Source of the DNA: Gemmatimonadaceae bacterium
Lineage (GTDB): Bacteria; Gemmatimonadota; Gemmatimonadetes; Gemmatimonadales; Gemmatimonadaceae
Reading direction: 5' to 3'
NCBI GenBank assembly: GCA_044224875.1
Contig: JBGAJQ010000003.1
Location: 1 to 64,000 of the forward strand
Length of the DNA: 64,000 bases
Position numbers and translations under genes: made by a program. Shown here piece after piece: positions 60,240 to 64,000 of the stretch. Below the pieces are notes generated by a model. It had not been told where the DNA came from. It did no database searches and saw only the letters and a list, made by a program, of their open reading frames with translations. Every line of letters begins with the position of its first letter. The stretch's first letter is position 1.

Positions 60240-60923
60240 TCAGGTCGTGGCGCGCTTGTCGATGAGCACGAACTCCCACAACAGGGCCGCCACGGCGGCG
60301 CCGAGGATCGGGCCGATCCAGTAGATCATGTGGCCTTCCCAAACGCCCGAGACCAGGGCAGGTCCGAACGAGCGCGCCGGGTTCATGGAGGCGCCGGTGA
60401 GTGGACCAATGGCCAGGATATCGGCAGCGATCGTTAGGCCTATGGCAAGCCCCGCCAGTCGCGGCGCCTTTCCGGTGACGGCCGTTCCGTAGATCACGAA
60501 CATCAGGAAGAAGGTCGCGATCGCCTCGAGGGCGATGGCGTGACCGGTGGTGACGTCCAGGGCCACCGCCTGGCCGCCGGCCCGCGAGGCCTGCACCAAC
60601 GCTGCCGGGAAGGTGGCCTTGAGCGTCCAGGCGGCGAGGGACGCGCCAACCAGCTGCCCGGCGACGTGGATTGCGCCGAGCACCGGCGCGAGCCGCCTCG
60701 TCAGGATCAACCCAATGGAGATCGCCGGATTGAGCTGGCCGCCCGACACCTGCATCGTGGCCGACACCATGAGACCGAGGGCCAGGCCATGGGCCAGGGC
60801 GACGGAGAGCAGGCCGGCCGACGAGTTCGTCTGTTGTGCCATCATGATGGCGCCCCCGCCGATGAACACGAGGGTGAACGTCCCGACCAACTCGGCGAAG
60901 AAATTCCGGGCGGATCCAGGCAT
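60240..60923 (-). CDS. Aquaporin (MIP family)
   Basis: AELVGTF, SGGQLNPA, TGASMNPARSFGP, YWIGP. Confidence 0.93.
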   Translation of the reverse strand: MPGSARNFFAELVGTFTLVFIGGGAIMMAQQTNSSAGLLSVALAHGLALGLMVSATMQVSGGQLNPAISIGLILTRRLAPVLGAIHVAGQLVGASLAAWTLKATFPAALVQASRAGGQAVALDVTTGHAIALEAIATFFLMFVIYGTAVTGKAPRLAGLAIGLTIAADILAIGPLTGASMNPARSFGPALVSGVWEGHMIYWIGPILGAAVAALLWEFVLIDKRATT

Positions 60924-61236
60924 GGGTGCTCCAGAGGCGGGAGTAAGGTTGGCAGCCCGAGCGGCGCGAAGGTAGGATTGTTCGGTGCGCCCAGCAAGGC
61001 TTTGCGGAACGTTTCGTCCCGCCGATCGTCTGGATGGGGCGTGTGTCGGGGGCGCGTCAGTGCGGGCAAGGCCAACGGCGACAGGATGTTGGCTCGCCAC
61101 ACACGTGACGCACCGCACCAACACGGCGGGTGCGACCGGTTGCCTTAACACCTCGGCGTATGGCGCGTCATATCTCGACAAGCGGCTGCAACGGTGTCAG
61201 CAGCTACAACGATGCTCTCTACGGGAGGAATTCCAT

Positions 61237-61635
61237 ATGAACATTCGGATGCTCGTCACCGCGTGTGTCTTCACCGCCGTGACCGCCGCGGTTGCGGCTC
61301 CGGCTGGCGCGCAGGTCGATACGCGCAAGGACACGGCGCAGTACCTCGCTGGGAAGGCGCAGAAGCGGCACGGCAAGCGCCTCGAGGCACGCGGTGAGCA
61401 CAAGGAGCGTGTCGGCGATAAGCTGGAAGCCAAGGGCGAGCGGCTCGAGCGTCGCAGCGACAAGCTGGACGATGCGGGCCATGAGAAGGCCGCCGAGCGC
61501 CTGGAGAACAAGGGGGAGCGTCTGGAGGCCCGCGGCGAGCACAAGGAGCGGGTAGGCGATCGGATGGAAAACCGCGGGGAGAGACAACAGCGCAAGGGAC
61601 AGCGCAAGATCGATCGCGCGAAGAAGCCGAATTAA
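61237..61635 (+). CDS. Secreted, highly charged repeat protein
   Basis: GGAGG SD, signal peptide (AGA-Q), two copies of RLEARGEHKERVGD(K/R)(L/M)E(A/N)(K/R)GER. Confidence 0.75.
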   Translation: MNIRMLVTACVFTAVTAAVAAPAGAQVDTRKDTAQYLAGKAQKRHGKRLEARGEHKERVGDKLEAKGERLERRSDKLDDAGHEKAAERLENKGERLEARGEHKERVGDRMENRGERQQRKGQRKIDRAKKPN

Positions 61636-61652
61636 GGCACGTTCTCAGCAAG

Positions 61653-61683
61653 GAGCGGCCGGCCAACGGATGGCCGGCCGCTC
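61653..61683. terminator. Hairpin terminator between convergent genes
   Basis: GAGCGGCCGGCCA-ACGGA-TGGCCGGCCGCTC, perfect 13-bp stem. Confidence 0.7.
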
Positions 61684-61700
61684 GCATTTCCGGGGCCGAG

Positions 61701-62939
61701 TCAGTCGCCGCGGCGCATAACGAGTGCGGCATTGATGCCGCCAAAGCCGAACGAGTTGGAGATCACGTGCTCCACGCGCGCCGGGCGACCGGTGTGGGGA
61801 ACGAAGTCGAGGTCGCACATGGCGTCCGGGACGGTCAAGTTCACCGTTGGCGGAAGCCACTCGCGGTTTAGGGACAAGGCGCAGATTGCGGCCTCGATGG
61901 CGCCCGACGCACCCAGGGCGTGACCGTAATAGCCCTTGGTGCCGCTTACCGGGATTCGGTAGGCGTGCTCACCGAGAACCTGCTTGATGGCTGTGGTTTC
62001 CGTGGGATCGTTCAGTGGGGTGGAGCTGCCGTGGGCATTGATGTAGCCCACCTCATGTGGCTGCAGCTGCGCGTCCGCCAGGGCCAGCCGCATGGCACGC
62101 GCGGCCTGCGACCCATCGGGGCGAGGCGCGGTCATGTGGTGCGCATCGTTGGTGCTGCCGAACCCCATCATTTCGGCGTAAATCCGGGCGCCGCGTGCCA
62201 CCGCCCGCGCGCGTTCCTCGAGGATGAGCACCGCCGCTCCTTCACCCATCACGAAGCCGTCTCGATCCTTGTCGAATGGGCGCGAGGCGCTGGTGGGATC
62301 GTCATTACGCGTGGACATGGCGCGAATGAGCGCGAAGGCACCAAAACATAGCGGAGCGAGGGGTGCCTCGGACCCGCCGCAGATCATGACGTCGGCGTAT
62401 CCGTCGCGCACCTGCCGGAAGGCGTCGCCGATGGCAATGGTTCCGGACGCACAGCTCATGGCGTTGGTGGAGTTGGGCCCAGTGACACCGCACTCGATCG
62501 CGATGTTGCAACTGGCGGCACCGCCAAAGACGGCGAGGGCCAGCGTGGCATCCACGGCGCGAATCCCATCGCGATAGAAGAGCACGTTCTGGGCCTCGCC
62601 GTAGGCCACGCCTCCCAGCGCCGTGCCCATCATGGCGCCAATGCGATCCCGGTCCTCCTGGGCCAGGTCGATGCCGGCGTCCGCGAGTGCCTGCCGTGCG
62701 GCGACGACCGAGAACGCCCCAAAGCGATCGAGGCGTTTGGCACGCTTTTCCTCCAGATGATCCGTCACCACAAAGTCCCGGACTTCCGCCGCATTGCGCG
62801 ACCGAAAAAGCGACGGGTCGAAGCGTGTGACTTCACCAACGGCTGAGCGACCCTGTTGCAAGCCCGACCACATGGCTTCCTTGCCAACGCCAATGGGCGT
62901 GATGACGCCCAGGCCGGTTACGACGACTCGACGACGCAT
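61701..62939 (-). CDS. fabF: Beta-ketoacyl-ACP synthase (FabF-like KS)
   Basis: RRVVVTGLG, catalytic SCASG, SRPFDKDRDGFVMGEG, NAHGSST, GHALGASG, SNSFGFGG. Confidence 0.85.
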   Translation of the reverse strand: MRRRVVVTGLGVITPIGVGKEAMWSGLQQGRSAVGEVTRFDPSLFRSRNAAEVRDFVVTDHLEEKRAKRLDRFGAFSVVAARQALADAGIDLAQEDRDRIGAMMGTALGGVAYGEAQNVLFYRDGIRAVDATLALAVFGGAASCNIAIECGVTGPNSTNAMSCASGTIAIGDAFRQVRDGYADVMICGGSEAPLAPLCFGAFALIRAMSTRNDDPTSASRPFDKDRDGFVMGEGAAVLILEERARAVARGARIYAEMMGFGSTNDAHHMTAPRPDGSQAARAMRLALADAQLQPHEVGYINAHGSSTPLNDPTETTAIKQVLGEHAYRIPVSGTKGYYGHALGASGAIEAAICALSLNREWLPPTVNLTVPDAMCDLDFVPHTGRPARVEHVISNSFGFGGINAALVMRRGD

Positions 62940-63062
62940 GAATGTCCTGGTTGTTCTAACGCCGGACGCTGCGACAGGTCGAGTGGGGGGCGTCCGGGCG
63001 CGCGCGGAGTGACCCGAGGCAATCTATCGCAGGGTACCAAAGTGCGGTGAGGGGATGTCCGG

Positions 63063-63563
63063 CTATCGCTCAACCGTTCGAGCCAGACCCTCGAGGGTCC
63101 GCGAGGCGATGCCATGCACGAAGACGGGTCCAATGACCTCCGTCGCCGCAAAAACGCCGATCAAGGGCCAGCGCGGACCGTCCCAGACGTGCAGGAGCCT
63201 AACGTGAGTGCCGCCATTCGTGGGGGAAAAGCTCCACTCGACGTCCATGCCGGTGGTGATCCCGCCGATATGCCGAAAGCGAACGGCCGGGGCAGCGCGG
63301 TCGACCTGCATCTCCGACAGCCACCACGTGGGCCAGTTGACCAGCCCGAACGGGCGGTTGGCCGACATTTCCACCACTCCACCGCCATCCGTCGCACGTT
63401 CACGAAAGCGCACGAATCGATAATGCGCGAGGTATGCCGGCCACTGCTCAACGGCGGCGACGACATCGAAAATTGCCGCCACCGGTGCGCGCACGATGCG
63501 CTCGTCCAGCGTGTGCATGGCTCGGCCCACTGGCATGGGCCCTAGGTCAAACGGTGGTCGCAT
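63063..63563 (-). CDS. SRPBCC/START (polyketide cyclase/dehydrase-like) protein
   Basis: IVRAPVAAIFDVVAAVEQWP.YL...VRFRH..GITTGMDVEWSF....GGTHVRLLH. Confidence 0.8.
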   Translation of the reverse strand: MRPPFDLGPMPVGRAMHTLDERIVRAPVAAIFDVVAAVEQWPAYLAHYRFVRFRERATDGGGVVEMSANRPFGLVNWPTWWLSEMQVDRAAPAVRFRHIGGITTGMDVEWSFSPTNGGTHVRLLHVWDGPRWPLIGVFAATEVIGPVFVHGIASRTLEGLARTVER

Positions 63564-64000
63564 GTGTTGAACGCACGTGATCCACGGTCGCGGCGTGCCG
63601 CTCCCAGCTGGCGGTCACGCGGAATCCCAGCCGGTGGTTGACGGTGGCACGAACGCCGATTGCCCGGTGAACGAGGTCTCGCAGCTCGTGGCGAGTGAAC
63701 CCGCGCAAGACAGAGGTCATGCCGTCGTGTCGACTCACGGGGTGAAATCGCAAGGGGAAGGACACCCCCCACAGTCCAGCCACGGCAAGCCAGCTGCGAC
63801 GCAGGTCGCTGATGATGACGGAGCGTCGGGCGACGCGATGCATTTCGCGCACCATCGTCAAGGCATCGGCGTCCTCGAAGTGGTGCAGGACTTGGGAGCA
63901 GCAGACGACATCCACGCTCCCATCGGCAAAGGGCAACGCGAGGGCGTTGGCGCACACCCCGAGTGGGATGCGATGCGTGGTCGTCGTGACGAGCTCGGGG
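63547..64000 (-). CDS. Class I SAM-dependent methyltransferase (3' part; runs off window)
   Basis: ANALALPFADGSVDVVCCSQVLHHF...EMHRVAR...DLRR...RHDG..SV.RGFT. Confidence 0.85.
   Translation of the reverse strand, partial: PELVTTTTHRIPLGVCANALALPFADGSVDVVCCSQVLHHFEDADALTMVREMHRVARRSVIISDLRRSWLAVAGLWGVSFPLRFHPVSRHDGMTSVLRGFTRHELRDLVHRAIGVRATVNHRLGFRVTASWERHAATVDHVRSTHATTV

Larger units (their letters stand above)
3794..63204. repeat. Dispersed octamer GCCTAACG/CGTTAGGC (at least 25 exact copies)
   Basis: Exact copies read by eye start at 3794, 9280, 9642, 11210, 14841, 18384, 19983, 21427, 22499, 22834, 26033, 27196, 29933, 36480, 38334, 39203, 39628, 41692, 48555, 50096, 53166, 56334, 57843, 60432, 63197. 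Confidence 0.85.

Noticed and set aside
3794..63204. CCTAA/TTAGG repeats as CRISPR, REP or telomere-like sequence
   Set aside because: Copies are single, irregularly spaced, mostly intragenic and not palindromic or tandem.
1..64000. tRNA, rRNA, IS, integrase, prophage or CRISPR features
   Set aside because: None recognisable by eye; nearly all the sequence is explained by host-type CDS.

Overview
A gene-dense, GC-rich (roughly 65% by eye) bacterial chromosomal segment. The gene families suggest Gemmatimonadota, but this is inference. It encodes an ABC/MFP exporter operon with a sigma-54 response regulator, queCED, a solute-binding protein coupled to an MCP, aguAB, acnA, glycosyltransferases, kynureninase, psuG, DsbA-VKOR, a PAS hybrid kinase, acs, ppa, an aquaporin, and the edge of a KS/SRPBCC/methyltransferase cluster. 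I saw no rRNA, tRNA, CRISPR array or mobile element. Four things stand out. (1) The non-palindromic octamer GCCTAACG/CGTTAGGC recurs at least 25 times exactly (at least 40 CCTAAC cores), in several reading frames and forcing rare codons, which suggests an uptake-sequence, Chi or HIP-like DNA signal. (2) A secreted peroxiredoxin has an in-frame TGA at the catalytic position followed by a SECIS-like hairpin, i.e. a selenoprotein split by the ORF track. (3) A giant TPR/HD-GYP/GGDEF/STAND/TPR gene has lost part of its cyclase core to a frameshifting deletion. (4) Several candidate sigma-54 promoters occur, two with a shared palindrome upstream.
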